DNA of 64,000 nucleotides from an uncultured bacterium (GTDB lineage: Bacteria; Macinerneyibacteriota; Macinerneyibacteria; Macinerneyibacteriales; DSCS01): assembly GCA_964574875.1 (NCBI GenBank), contig CAZNOX010000001.1:149335-213334 (forward strand), in the 5' to 3' direction. Positions 26,563 to 36,238 of this stretch are shown here, piece after piece (position 1 is the stretch's first letter; every line of letters starts with the position of its first letter). The notes beneath the pieces were generated by a model. It was not told where the DNA came from and did no database searches. It saw only the letters and a list, made by a program, of their open reading frames with translations. Made by a program: the position numbers and the translations under genes.

Positions 26563-28689
26563 CTAATCTTTAAGCATCAGGTCGATCCTTCGGATCTCAC
26601 TTCGGATCAGGTTCGCTTCCCCCCAGTTCCCCGTTCCGGTGAGGAGGAGTGTCAGGGCTTTTTTTCTCAGGAGAAGAGCCTCTCTGTTGACGCTGTCCTC
26701 AGTGAGGATCAACTGGGTGATCAAGAGTGCCGAGGCTGTGTTGCCTTCACTGAGAAGGGCTTCTCCCCTCTTGAGGAGCCTTTTGGGAGGACAGATCTCC
26801 CTGATATCCCGGTAGACGGTTTCCAGGGGGATATCCAGAAGCGAAAGGGGGTCTTCATCGTACCATCCGGCATAGTTGTAATAGAGAGCGCGGACAGCCC
26901 ACGAGACTTTCCCGAACACTTCGGGCAGCTGCAGGTTTGCCGGAAGCTTGACCTCTTGAATGAGTGCGGCGAGGGCTTTCCCGTCGTTTAATCCGGTAAT
27001 CACAGCTTCATTGACAAAATCCACGGCGTCCCGATACCGGGTCAGGCTCTCGCGGATGGGTTCATTCCCGTGAAGGGGGCCTCCGTGTCCCGGAATCATG
27101 AGATCCGGATTCAGGGAAAGAATGCGGTCCAGGGCTGCAATATAATCATCAGCATAACGCGGGGTCGAGCCTCTGGGTGTCCCCAGCATGGGGAAGGAGC
27201 CAGAAAAACAGTCTCCTGACAGGACAACTTTTTTCTGAGGAAACCAGACCAGGGAGGCCTCCTCAGTCTCTGCGGGGGCATGGAAAAGAGCCACTTCGAT
27301 ACCGTCGATGGTGCCTTTCCACTCGTCTGTAAAGGTCACTGTAGGGGCCAGGGGGGTTGTGATCTTCTGCGGCATCCATTGCCCCCCTGTAAAGGCCCTG
27401 TTCCTCCGGACATAGAACGACTCGAAACGGAAAGGATACTCATAGGTCTTTTTCCATTCTCTCTGAATGATCACCGGAACCCCGGACTGGACTGGCCAGA
27501 GTGAGAGTCCGTTATAATGATCCTGATGGGCATGGGTGAAGAGGATGGCCTGAAGCGGCCTCTCCCGGAATTTGAGTGCAAGCCACGACGCATCATGTCC
27601 TGTGGAGGAGGGGTCCACAAGGATATACCCGTTGTCACTCTCCACAACGACCGTGTTACAGTCCCCTTCTTCCCGATAGACACCGGGAGCCTCCTGCAGA
27701 AGGCTGCAGACTGTATCAATGATCCATTCGCGGGTCGACTCGTCCAGGGGAAGAAGATCCAGGATTCCGGGATTTCCTGAGTTCTGAAGGTCATATCCCA
27801 CCAGGGCGGCCTCTTCCATCTTTTCGACTTTTTTCCGAGAAGGCATCCTCTCATGAAGATGAGCGGGATAAAATGTTTTTTCAGGAATCCAGTCCATCTC
27901 GTCGTCAGGGATCCTGGCCGCGATCACCGCACTCAGTGCAGCCTGATGCAAAAAGATCATATGAAGCTGATCCTGAACATAGCGTTCCCGGTAGTCCTGG
28001 TCGGTCAACCGTTTGACAAAGACCTCTTTCCAGGTTTGAAAGAGGCCGTCCTCCGGACGGACAGCCATGATCTCGCAGTTGATGTAAAAGCGGGCCTTTT
28101 TCTCCTCCACGTAAGCTGTGATAACCGGAACATCCCGGAAAGAGACTCCGGCATCATCATAGAGTGTCTGCCAGAATCCGTCAGGCTCCGTATCCGGAGA
28201 CTCCCCCACCGTATTCAGAAGCATCACAGGCTGCAGTTTCACTCGTTTCCCTTCCCGGGGAAGGAAGGGTTCAAGGGAGTGAAAAGCAAGCATCTCTGTA
28301 TCAGAATAGATCAGTGTCTCATATTCGTCGGCAAGAAGCGCTTCTGCGGTGGCACAGGCATGCACTTTTCTCGAAAAGGGAAAACCGCGCAGTTCAGGAG
28401 CGATATCGATGGGATGACACGTGACCCCGGGAAGGGCCAGTGACCGCGTATCCAGGCCGGCCCGTTCATCCACCATCACATGGATGGGAATATCGTTCAT
28501 CTCCCGGGCGTATGTCCGGATACTTCGGATAAAGAGAGCCGCATTTTTGATTGTTAACGGGTGGGTGACATAAAGGACCAGGGCCTTTTCTTTTTTTTCT
28601 TTCATGGAGTTCTCCTTACGTGCATAGAGGGACGGGACAATCAGGACGGCAAGGACACACAGAACAGTGATCATCTTTTTTATTTTCAT
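26563..28689 (-). CDS. Secreted two-domain protein: unknown N-terminal domain (~350 aa) + MBL-fold metallo-hydrolase domain
   Basis: Signal peptide. HxHxDH motif ILFTHAHQDHYNG with downstream His/Asp ligands. GGAGG RBS before the ATG at 28689. Confidence 0.65.
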   Translation of the reverse strand: MKIKKMITVLCVLAVLIVPSLYARKENSMKEKKEKALVLYVTHPLTIKNAALFIRSIRTYAREMNDIPIHVMVDERAGLDTRSLALPGVTCHPIDIAPELRGFPFSRKVHACATAEALLADEYETLIYSDTEMLAFHSLEPFLPREGKRVKLQPVMLLNTVGESPDTEPDGFWQTLYDDAGVSFRDVPVITAYVEEKKARFYINCEIMAVRPEDGLFQTWKEVFVKRLTDQDYRERYVQDQLHMIFLHQAALSAVIAARIPDDEMDWIPEKTFYPAHLHERMPSRKKVEKMEEAALVGYDLQNSGNPGILDLLPLDESTREWIIDTVCSLLQEAPGVYREEGDCNTVVVESDNGYILVDPSSTGHDASWLALKFRERPLQAILFTHAHQDHYNGLSLWPVQSGVPVIIQREWKKTYEYPFRFESFYVRRNRAFTGGQWMPQKITTPLAPTVTFTDEWKGTIDGIEVALFHAPAETEEASLVWFPQKKVVLSGDCFSGSFPMLGTPRGSTPRYADDYIAALDRILSLNPDLMIPGHGGPLHGNEPIRESLTRYRDAVDFVNEAVITGLNDGKALAALIQEVKLPANLQLPEVFGKVSWAVRALYYNYAGWYDEDPLSLLDIPLETVYRDIREICPPKRLLKRGEALLSEGNTASALLITQLILTEDSVNREALLLRKKALTLLLTGTGNWGEANLIRSEIRRIDLMLKD

Positions 28690-28868
28690 CATAACCTCCC
28701 ATAACATGGAGTCTACTCTTTTTTTTGCATTATTGCAATATATAATTTACATTTTGTCTCTCTTTGTTTTATACATCTGTATTTTGATTATTATAATAGC
28801 TGATTCATTCCTTCGCCATCCCCTTGGAGAGAGGCGATGACTGGACAGAACGCCGTGCTCCCCCTTGT

Positions 28869-30554
28869 CTAAGGCTCCACGACCACCATCCAGGATGAGG
28901 AGAAGGTCTCGGTATCGAACGTCCCGTGAAGGGTCTTTTGGGCGCTGCCTTTGAGAAGGGTCCGGCCGTCTCCCTCTTTTACGGCCACAGCCTCCTGATA
29001 AGTCTCACTTCCGAAATCCTGGCTCACTTCAAAAGAATCCTCCTCTTCAAAAGAACGGTCGATCTCTCTTTGTTGAGACCCGGAATGCTGTGTCCCTTTG
29101 ACCGTGTGCATGACTGTCCCCTGAAGGGTAAACTGTGGAAAAGTCGCCGTGATGATCATGCCCGTTTCCGGATCCACATCCAGGACAAGCATGGCCCCGC
29201 TTTTCTGGATCTCCAGGCCGGAATAGACACCGCGTGTTTCAGAAACCGTGACCGTATGGACACCTGATATATCCTCATCACTTGTCCCGTGGCCTGTCAA
29301 CGAGGCATTTATAAGAGAAACATCCTTGACAGGATACCGGTAGCGGGTGACTTTGATCTTTCCTGATCCGGGGTCAAAGGAGACTGATTCGCGCGGTGTC
29401 TTCTCAAGGTTCAGCAGGATCTTCGCTTCTCTTTTTTCCGACCACGTCTTGTCCACTTGGTGACGGGGCCCTTGGTCCCTCTTTTCCGCTCTCTTTTTTT
29501 CGTACGTTATCGAGAGGGTGGCATAGACCCCGGGTCGTTTATACGGGATCTTCTCTTCTGCAATCACCTTTCGGGAGATCTCCGTCTTTTGCAGGGGCCG
29601 ATAAGCAGGATCCCGTATGGTATGGCAATGGTAGACCTGCACTGTCTCTTCTCCTTCAAGGGAGGTATCAGGAGCTCTGTACTCCACAGTCACTTCTCCG
29701 CTGCCCACAAGAAAGACCGCCGCTTTTCCCCGGGGCAATCCTTCCGGTACAACTCCGTTGAGGATCTCGCCCTCCTTGACAAAGACGGCGATCCGGCAGA
29801 ACTCCCGTGATGTGCGCCCCCGGGCATCCTGAAAACCATTCACCGTGATCGTCATTGTCGTGTTATAAGCCACAGCCTCTTTTTCTCCCCGGATGCGGCA
29901 TGATACCGGCATCTTTTCAAAATCATCGGTCATATCGGTGAGAGGCAAATCGCTTTTGAGAAGAGCATCACGGTTTTCAAACATCTGTGCGGCTAATGAG
30001 CCATAGGTATGAAGGGAAGAGTGGCCTGTCCACTCCCGGACAAGCTCTTGTTCTCCTCCCTTATCGTAGTAGAGGCGGAGTCGAAGTGTGGAAGGATAGT
30101 GTTGCGCCCCGTCGATAAGATCCACATTGGGGATCCTTGCGCAATCATAGATCCCTTCAAAAAAGTAGTCGCTCCCGCTCTTTTGGACAAAGGAGACCCG
30201 GGATGAGCTGAAGAGGCCGGCCAGTGAAGAGGCAAGAACCGACCGGAGTTCTTCGTCGCTGTGCCAGTCAAACTCATAGCCCCAATCAGGTTTCAGATCA
30301 GCACACGCTGAAAGAGCTTCCTCGTAACGGGCGCGGTTCTCATCATCGACGAACCACTCTTCTCCGTGGCTGAACCCCATGGCATCATTGAGACATTGTG
30401 AATAGGCGTTCTGTCTTGCATCAAAATCATCGGGGTAAGCCTTGTTTTCACACTCCCCCACACGGAAAAGACGTCTGCATTCGGGACACCCGTCTCCAAA
30501 CAACGGGAAAAATCCTGCAAAAAGAAGGACAACCAGAAAAACGATCTTCCTCAT
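28869..30554 (-). CDS. Secreted hypothetical protein (561 aa)
   Basis: Signal peptide MRKIVFLVVLLFAGFFPLFG. No recognisable catalytic motifs. Confidence 0.45.
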   Translation of the reverse strand: MRKIVFLVVLLFAGFFPLFGDGCPECRRLFRVGECENKAYPDDFDARQNAYSQCLNDAMGFSHGEEWFVDDENRARYEEALSACADLKPDWGYEFDWHSDEELRSVLASSLAGLFSSSRVSFVQKSGSDYFFEGIYDCARIPNVDLIDGAQHYPSTLRLRLYYDKGGEQELVREWTGHSSLHTYGSLAAQMFENRDALLKSDLPLTDMTDDFEKMPVSCRIRGEKEAVAYNTTMTITVNGFQDARGRTSREFCRIAVFVKEGEILNGVVPEGLPRGKAAVFLVGSGEVTVEYRAPDTSLEGEETVQVYHCHTIRDPAYRPLQKTEISRKVIAEEKIPYKRPGVYATLSITYEKKRAEKRDQGPRHQVDKTWSEKREAKILLNLEKTPRESVSFDPGSGKIKVTRYRYPVKDVSLINASLTGHGTSDEDISGVHTVTVSETRGVYSGLEIQKSGAMLVLDVDPETGMIITATFPQFTLQGTVMHTVKGTQHSGSQQREIDRSFEEEDSFEVSQDFGSETYQEAVAVKEGDGRTLLKGSAQKTLHGTFDTETFSSSWMVVVEP

Positions 30555-30663
30555 CTCTCCTCCCTCCCTGAATCCCTGCCGGACTGCGTTTTTGATATGA
30601 GCTGATCTTATAGTATAAAGGGCCTGATCCTGTTTATCAAGGTTATCGATGAAGAGATCGGGA

Positions 30664-31227
30664 TCAGAACAGGTGAGCGCCGGTCTTGTTTTTTAAAGAC
30701 GGAGGAATGAGGTAATTGACAAGCTCAAGTGTCCGTCCATCGGGAGTCAGACAGATCTCTTCGCTGACGGCCCGCCCTCCCAATGAGAGAGGAATCTTCC
30801 TGCTCGGCCCGTTTCTTTTATCCACCGGATAGAGAAACGCCCGGGGATGAAGATGATGAGAGGCCCAATCATAGAGGCCGCGGATGGCTTCCCGTCCCAG
30901 CCCCAGGCCGAAAGAGGCTTCTTTGATCCAGATTCCCAGTTCGGGAGTCCTTTTTTCGAGTCCGTGAAGACCTGCACATCCCACAAAAGCTCCTGTCATC
31001 TTCTCCGTGATCACCAGCTGGAGGTCTTTCCCTTCTGCCATGGCTTTCAGGGAATGTGCGATAAACCGGCGAGTCACTTCGATGTCGTCCGAAGAGGCCG
31101 GATACATGAACCGTGTCACACGGGGAGTAAAGTTCAGAAAGATCTCCAGGTCATCTTCTCCCGTGATGGGACGCAGGAGAAGGCGCTCTGTCTCGATCTT
31201 CGTCCTGAACAGGTCCTCTCTCTTCAT
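30664..31227 (-). CDS. GNAT N-acetyltransferase (RimJ/RimL-like)
   Basis: TERLLLRP and the GNAT motif A region. The ATG at 31227 overlaps the upstream stop (ATGA). Confidence 0.7.
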   Translation of the reverse strand: MKREDLFRTKIETERLLLRPITGEDDLEIFLNFTPRVTRFMYPASSDDIEVTRRFIAHSLKAMAEGKDLQLVITEKMTGAFVGCAGLHGLEKRTPELGIWIKEASFGLGLGREAIRGLYDWASHHLHPRAFLYPVDKRNGPSRKIPLSLGGRAVSEEICLTPDGRTLELVNYLIPPSLKNKTGAHLF

Positions 31228-31694
31228 TCTTTTCTCACCCGGGTCTCCATACTCATCATAAAGGGTGAAAACCCAAGAGATGTATAAAAAGCCACAGCCT
31301 CTGTGTTGTCCGGAAGGACAGAGAGCCTCAACAGGGGGATCTCCCGCTCCAGAGCCCACAACGAGGCCGTCTCCATCAACATTCGTCCCACTCCCTGATG
31401 CCTCCATTCTTCATCAACATAGATCTCATTGATATAGACAAACCTCTTTTTGACAAGGAACGGAAGCGGCTTTGTCTCCAGGGCTTCCAGCAGAAGAAAC
31501 CCTATGGCTTTCCCTTCATTTTCAGCAAGAAGGGCACATTTCTCTTCCTGTCCCATCCATTCTGAGGCCTCAGCTTCCCCGGCCCAGCTGATTTTAAAGA
31601 GGTCGGGTCGCAGTCGGGCATGATAGGCCCGCTGCCGGCTGATCAGGCTCTGAATGACTTCACGGTCTTCGTCTCCGGCAACCCGTATGTTCAC
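31224..31694 (-). CDS. GNAT N-acetyltransferase
   Basis: HQGVGRMLM motif A. 156 aa. Confidence 0.7.
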   Translation of the reverse strand: MNIRVAGDEDREVIQSLISRQRAYHARLRPDLFKISWAGEAEASEWMGQEEKCALLAENEGKAIGFLLLEALETKPLPFLVKKRFVYINEIYVDEEWRHQGVGRMLMETASLWALEREIPLLRLSVLPDNTEAVAFYTSLGFSPFMMSMETRVRKE

Positions 31695-31769
31695 AGGACA
31701 CCTCCCGGCCCTCTGTCGGGCCCGTGTTCAGATACTCCCGGATGTGTGGCTCCCTCATGAGAAGCCGGA

Positions 31770-32507
31770 TCACTCCCTGAGGAAATGTTCCATGTAGGAG
31801 CATGCCGACCTGTTCATCTCCAGGGCAAAGGGCGCCATATATTTTCTTTCACAAAACTTTCGGATGTATTCGTCAAAATCAAAATCGTCTTTTCCGCTTC
31901 TTTTGGAAAACATCTCTCTGAGCTCGTCTTCACGCAACCGGCGGTACCGGTCTTTGAAAACAAGAAACGACTGATTAAAACGTGCAGGTTTTTCACGCTT
32001 TTTTTGTGCGTCATCAGGATAACCGAAGACGACCAGAGCAATGGGAAGAACAAACTCGTCAAGATTCAGGAGGGAGACCACCTTTTCGCGGTTTTCCAGA
32101 ATATCACCGATATAACAGGAGCCGATCCCCATGGACCAGGCGGCCGTCACACTGTTCTGGGCTGCGATGAGAGCATCTTCGCAGGCCAGAAGAAGGTCTC
32201 CGGCAGAAGGTTTCCGGTACGGGGCCCCGGCTGCTTCATAAGCATCCATCCAGCGCCGGCAATCGGCCAGAAAGACCAGGACGAGAGGAGCCTTTGCAAC
32301 AAAGGGTTGCCGGTCACAGCTTTCAGCCAGAGCTTCTTTAATGTTGTGATCCTGGATGTCCAGGATGGTATAAAGGAGCTGATTCCCTGCTGAAGGGGCC
32401 TGGAGAGCGGCTTCCAGGATCATTGTCTTCTCTTGCCCGGAAACCTCTTTATCCAGAAAAGCCCTCACCGACTTTCGTTCAAAGAGCGACCGGACCACTT
32501 CATTCAC
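31770..32507 (-). CDS. Nitroreductase-family flavoprotein
   Basis: N-terminal RKSVRAF...APSAGNQ signature. Confidence 0.8.
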   Translation of the reverse strand: MNEVVRSLFERKSVRAFLDKEVSGQEKTMILEAALQAPSAGNQLLYTILDIQDHNIKEALAESCDRQPFVAKAPLVLVFLADCRRWMDAYEAAGAPYRKPSAGDLLLACEDALIAAQNSVTAAWSMGIGSCYIGDILENREKVVSLLNLDEFVLPIALVVFGYPDDAQKKREKPARFNQSFLVFKDRYRRLREDELREMFSKRSGKDDFDFDEYIRKFCERKYMAPFALEMNRSACSYMEHFLRE

Positions 32508-33067
32508 TTTTCTTCCCTCCCTTCGGGAAGCTGCAGTCTCCCGGCGATGTCGCTCTCCTTCAGGGCTCTGTTATCACGGATAAAATCCCGGGCCGTCTCC
32601 CCGTTGTGATCGATGAGTGAAGGATCCGCTCCCGAATCAAGGAGTCTTTCCAGGACCTTACTGTTCCGGTTTTCCCAGGCGGCGAGGATAAGCGGTGTGG
32701 CTCCCCATGAGTTCCGGGCGTTCACATCACTCCCTCCTTTGATGAGCCGTGTGATCATCTCAGGGTTTCCGTTCAGCCTTGCTGCCAGGTGAAGAGGCGT
32801 ATTTCCCTCACGGTCCCTGGCTTCGGGATCAGCCCGGTGTTGTAAAAGGAGCGTCACCATATCAGGGTCGGGATTGAAGGCTGCAGCGAGGTGAAGAAGA
32901 GAGGCGCTTCGTGAATTCGCTGTATTGACATCCCCCCCGTCTTTCAGGAACTCTTCCATCTCCCGGGGCTCCCCTTCCGAAGCCAGGACAAAGATGTTCC
33001 TTTCCTGACGTGTACAGGATCCCGCCGCAAAGCACACCACAACGATGACAAAAATCCATTGTCTCAT
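32504..33067 (-). CDS. Ankyrin-repeat lipoprotein
   Basis: Lipobox AAGSC. Four ankyrin repeats (LHLAA...GNTPLHLAA...). AAGGAG RBS before the ATG at 33067. Confidence 0.75.
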   Translation of the reverse strand: MRQWIFVIVVVCFAAGSCTRQERNIFVLASEGEPREMEEFLKDGGDVNTANSRSASLLHLAAAFNPDPDMVTLLLQHRADPEARDREGNTPLHLAARLNGNPEMITRLIKGGSDVNARNSWGATPLILAAWENRNSKVLERLLDSGADPSLIDHNGETARDFIRDNRALKESDIAGRLQLPEGREEK

Positions 33068-33081
33068 GTCAGGCTCCTTTC

Positions 33082-34374
33082 TCAAGAGTTGTCTTCCTGG
33101 ATAAATTCCTTCAGTTTGGGGAGAAGCCTGTCCATCCTCAACTCTCCCCCCATGGCCAGGACTGTGCCGTCAGGCCCGATGAGCAGAGGATGAGGGATTC
33201 CCCAGATATGGTAGAGTCCGGAAATATCATTCTCAGGAGTGCTGAGGATTGTCGGCAGAGTGATCCCCTGTCCTTGCATAAAGGGCTTCATCTCTTCTTC
33301 GCGTGTCTGGGTCACACCCAAAAAGACGACATTTTCTCCTTTCATCTCCCTGCGTGCTTCATCGATATAGGGGATCTCTTTGACACACCAGGGACAGGTC
33401 CTGCTCCAGAAGACAAGGTAAACGTACTGTCCCCTGTAATCCTCGAGACACCGTTGGTCTCCGGAGAGGATCTCTTTCCCCTGGAAGGGAGGGGCTGTAT
33501 AACCCACCTGTGCTGCCAGGAGAGGTTTGCCGGCAGGCTGTTTTTCAAGCCTGATTGTCATTGTGGAGGGGTCGGCCCCTTGAAAACGGTAATGGTCACC
33601 CCCGGCTTCAAAGAGATCTCCTTCTGTAAAGTTCTCATAGGTCTTCGACGCTTGAAAATAAGAGAATGTGGCATAGTCAAAGGCCAGGCCGTTTCCTGGG
33701 AAGATCAGGAATTTCTTCCCGAGAAAGGTCCCTTCTCCTCGGAAAAAAACCATCCATCCCATGCTCTGTCCGCCCCAGTCCAGAAAGATCACAGGGATCG
33801 TCAGTGTCCGGATTTTTCCGTTAATTTTCGCTTCCACCGTTATGTTTATACAGGCTTCTTTTCTCTCTTTTTCAGAGAGTCTGTCCCACTCTTCTCCTGT
33901 GAGAAGGGAAACAGGAGTGTTGTTTGAAAAATCGTGGTCATTGTCGGAATCGATGAGATAACGGATGGTCCCCGTCTCGTCTTTTCCCCGGGCCACATAG
34001 AAGTAACAGCGGAGAAACTTTTCAGACAGCCTCCGGCCGAGAACTTCCTCCGGCTCTCCTTTGAAATAATAATCAAGATGGTCTTTATCAATGATCCCCG
34101 CTTTATAGCTCTGATAACGGAACTGGTCATAGTTCATGACCACATCTTTGACCAGGATATCGGTCCAGGTTTCAGGAATCCCTTTGACCTCGTTTTTCAT
34201 CCCGGCCCAGGGATATCCCTCATAATCGGGGCGCCACTGAAGGCCTCCGGTGACAGTCTCCGCCTGAGCTTTATGATATCCCGTTTTGAATGTGAAGTTC
34301 ACTCCGCTCTCCTGCCGCATGCAGGATATCAGGATGACACTCACAACCATGATGATCAACACTCCTCTTCTCAT
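33082..34374 (-). CDS. Lipoprotein with C-terminal TlpA/ResA-like thioredoxin domain (CPWC)
   Basis: Lipobox LISC. The C-terminal FWSRTCPWCVKE thioredoxin active site. The N-terminal ~290 aa is of unknown function. Confidence 0.75.
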   Translation of the reverse strand: MRRGVLIIMVVSVILISCMRQESGVNFTFKTGYHKAQAETVTGGLQWRPDYEGYPWAGMKNEVKGIPETWTDILVKDVVMNYDQFRYQSYKAGIIDKDHLDYYFKGEPEEVLGRRLSEKFLRCYFYVARGKDETGTIRYLIDSDNDHDFSNNTPVSLLTGEEWDRLSEKERKEACINITVEAKINGKIRTLTIPVIFLDWGGQSMGWMVFFRGEGTFLGKKFLIFPGNGLAFDYATFSYFQASKTYENFTEGDLFEAGGDHYRFQGADPSTMTIRLEKQPAGKPLLAAQVGYTAPPFQGKEILSGDQRCLEDYRGQYVYLVFWSRTCPWCVKEIPYIDEARREMKGENVVFLGVTQTREEEMKPFMQGQGITLPTILSTPENDISGLYHIWGIPHPLLIGPDGTVLAMGGELRMDRLLPKLKEFIQEDNS

Positions 34375-34386
34375 GATGACCTCCTT

Positions 34387-34842
34387 CTATTCCCCGGACA
34401 ACTGATCAATATTCTTGTCAGGGCCGGTAACCGCCAACGAAACAGCGATCTTTCCATCCTGACGGCTCAAGCGAAAATGATAGGCATGGTAATGCCAGTT
34501 GTTGAACTTATACTGGACAAATCCTGCGATCTCCTGTGTCTCATAAAAAACACGAAAGGTGTTGTTTCCGTAACCATACCGCTCCCGGTTCAATCCCTCC
34601 CTGTTGAGACGTCCATGGTCGACCACTGTGCTGTCATCCCAGGTGACACTGACCTTCCCGGGGTCCAGCTCATCAGAAAGAGAGACTTTTATGCTGTTCA
34701 TGTTCAAAAGATAACTCAGAGCATGTGCGGCAGTCGTCCGGCTCAACACCCCTCCGGGCCTGAAAAAGAGAACACAAAGAGCTCCGGAAACCAGCATCAG
34801 CCCTAATATGACGGTAAACTTCAGCGGGTGAATCATGGCCAT
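34387..34842 (-). CDS. Membrane-anchored hypothetical protein
   Basis: Single N-terminal TM helix. The start overlaps the stop of the upstream gene. Confidence 0.45.
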   Translation of the reverse strand: MAMIHPLKFTVILGLMLVSGALCVLFFRPGGVLSRTTAAHALSYLLNMNSIKVSLSDELDPGKVSVTWDDSTVVDHGRLNREGLNRERYGYGNNTFRVFYETQEIAGFVQYKFNNWHYHAYHFRLSRQDGKIAVSLAVTGPDKNIDQLSGE

Positions 34843-34849
34843 ACCCCTG

Positions 34850-35662
34850 TCACCGGATCTGCCCGGCTCCTGAACAGATATAGACTACGGTCATCAGATA
34901 CCGGTACATCTCTTGAGCATCCCGGACCTTCACCCTGATCTTCCGGGGATGAAGACGTTCTGTCCCCGGGATCACCGAACACATGTATCCCTGGAGGGCA
35001 TCCCTGAACTCGATCTCCATCTCCCCGGGGAAAGAGAATTCCACAAGGGTTCCCGGGCTCTCTTTCAACAGCGCCCCTTCTTTTTCCAGACTGTCGATCA
35101 GCTCCCGGTAAGGTTTCATGATGCCGGCAAACTTGGAGACCGTTCTTTTGGAGACAAGAAACCGGGCCCCGGGGGCTTTGGAAGAGAGGAACTGCTCCGT
35201 GACATCGTCCCCGTAGACAAAAGAGAGGGGAACCCCGTACTCTCCTGCCAGAGAGGCATTGATCATCCCTTCATCGACATCCTCGCCGTTGACTGTGATC
35301 CCGTAAATGGCTGAGCCGGAGTAGGTATGCTCCATCATGCCTCCCCCTCCCACAGGACTGTGATATCCGAAAAAGACGAGGGATGTGAACGTCTCATCGA
35401 TTCCCTCCATCATGTAAAGGTTACGGGGATATCCTTTGACGAGGGTGATTCCCGGCTCCAATCTCTCCCACAGGATATTCCGTCCATGGGCATGGGAGTC
35501 ACACAGAAGGATCCCGGCATCGGGGGCGCTCTTCCTGATACCACGGCAGAAGGCATTGACCTGTTCTGTGGCCAGCCGGTCCTGTTCCGGGCACCCTGAG
35601 GTCTCGGTCCAGGACGCCACTCCTCCGATTCCCTCATAATCAAAAGAAATAAAGACTTTCAT
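34850..35662 (-). CDS. dppA: D-aminopeptidase DppA family (peptidase M55)
   Basis: MKVFISFDYEGIGGV, CDSHAHGRN, MMEGIDETF and FGYHS blocks align with B. subtilis DppA. GGAGG RBS. Confidence 0.75.
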   Translation of the reverse strand: MKVFISFDYEGIGGVASWTETSGCPEQDRLATEQVNAFCRGIRKSAPDAGILLCDSHAHGRNILWERLEPGITLVKGYPRNLYMMEGIDETFTSLVFFGYHSPVGGGGMMEHTYSGSAIYGITVNGEDVDEGMINASLAGEYGVPLSFVYGDDVTEQFLSSKAPGARFLVSKRTVSKFAGIMKPYRELIDSLEKEGALLKESPGTLVEFSFPGEMEIEFRDALQGYMCSVIPGTERLHPRKIRVKVRDAQEMYRYLMTVVYICSGAGQIR

Positions 35663-35900
35663 GTCTCCTCCTTGTTCAGGCTCTTTCAAAGATACTCAAA
35701 TTATACGAAAACATCATCATCTGTAAAGAGCTCATTTTCAGGGTCCTGTTTCAAAAGCGGGATCAAACGAGTCAGGTTTCATTATCACCTGTTCACTGCC
35801 GCAGATCAGGGAGATCCCTCTGCCGTCTTGACAGGATCATGAGGAATCCCTATAATAAGAGAGCTAAATTATTTAATAAACAGCCTGACAGGGAGGTTTT

Positions 35901-36221
35901 ATGGAGAAGGGACTTGTGATCGTCAAACGTATTCATCAGAGAAAAAGCCGTTTTCGCCGTTTCCGGGTCTTGATCGACGGAGAACGGAGACAGCCTGTCA
36001 AAGACGGTGAAGCTGTTTCGCTGGAGCTTCCCATCGGGAAACACGATATTCAGATAAGACAGGATATATACCGCAGCCAGAAGATCGTATTCGACCTTAA
36101 GGCCGGAGAAACAGTGACTCTGGAGTGCGGGAGCCCTATCCAGGGAATCAAGCTCATCGCCACCTGGCTTTATGCCCTCATCCCCATCCCCGGCGTCTAC
36201 ATCTATCTCAAAAGGACGTAA
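35901..36221 (+). CDS. Hypothetical 106-aa protein
   Basis: GGAGG RBS. Basic N-terminus and hydrophobic C-terminus. Confidence 0.4.
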   Translation: MEKGLVIVKRIHQRKSRFRRFRVLIDGERRQPVKDGEAVSLELPIGKHDIQIRQDIYRSQKIVFDLKAGETVTLECGSPIQGIKLIATWLYALIPIPGVYIYLKRT

Positions 36222-36238
36222 GTCCATAATGTCCGCCG

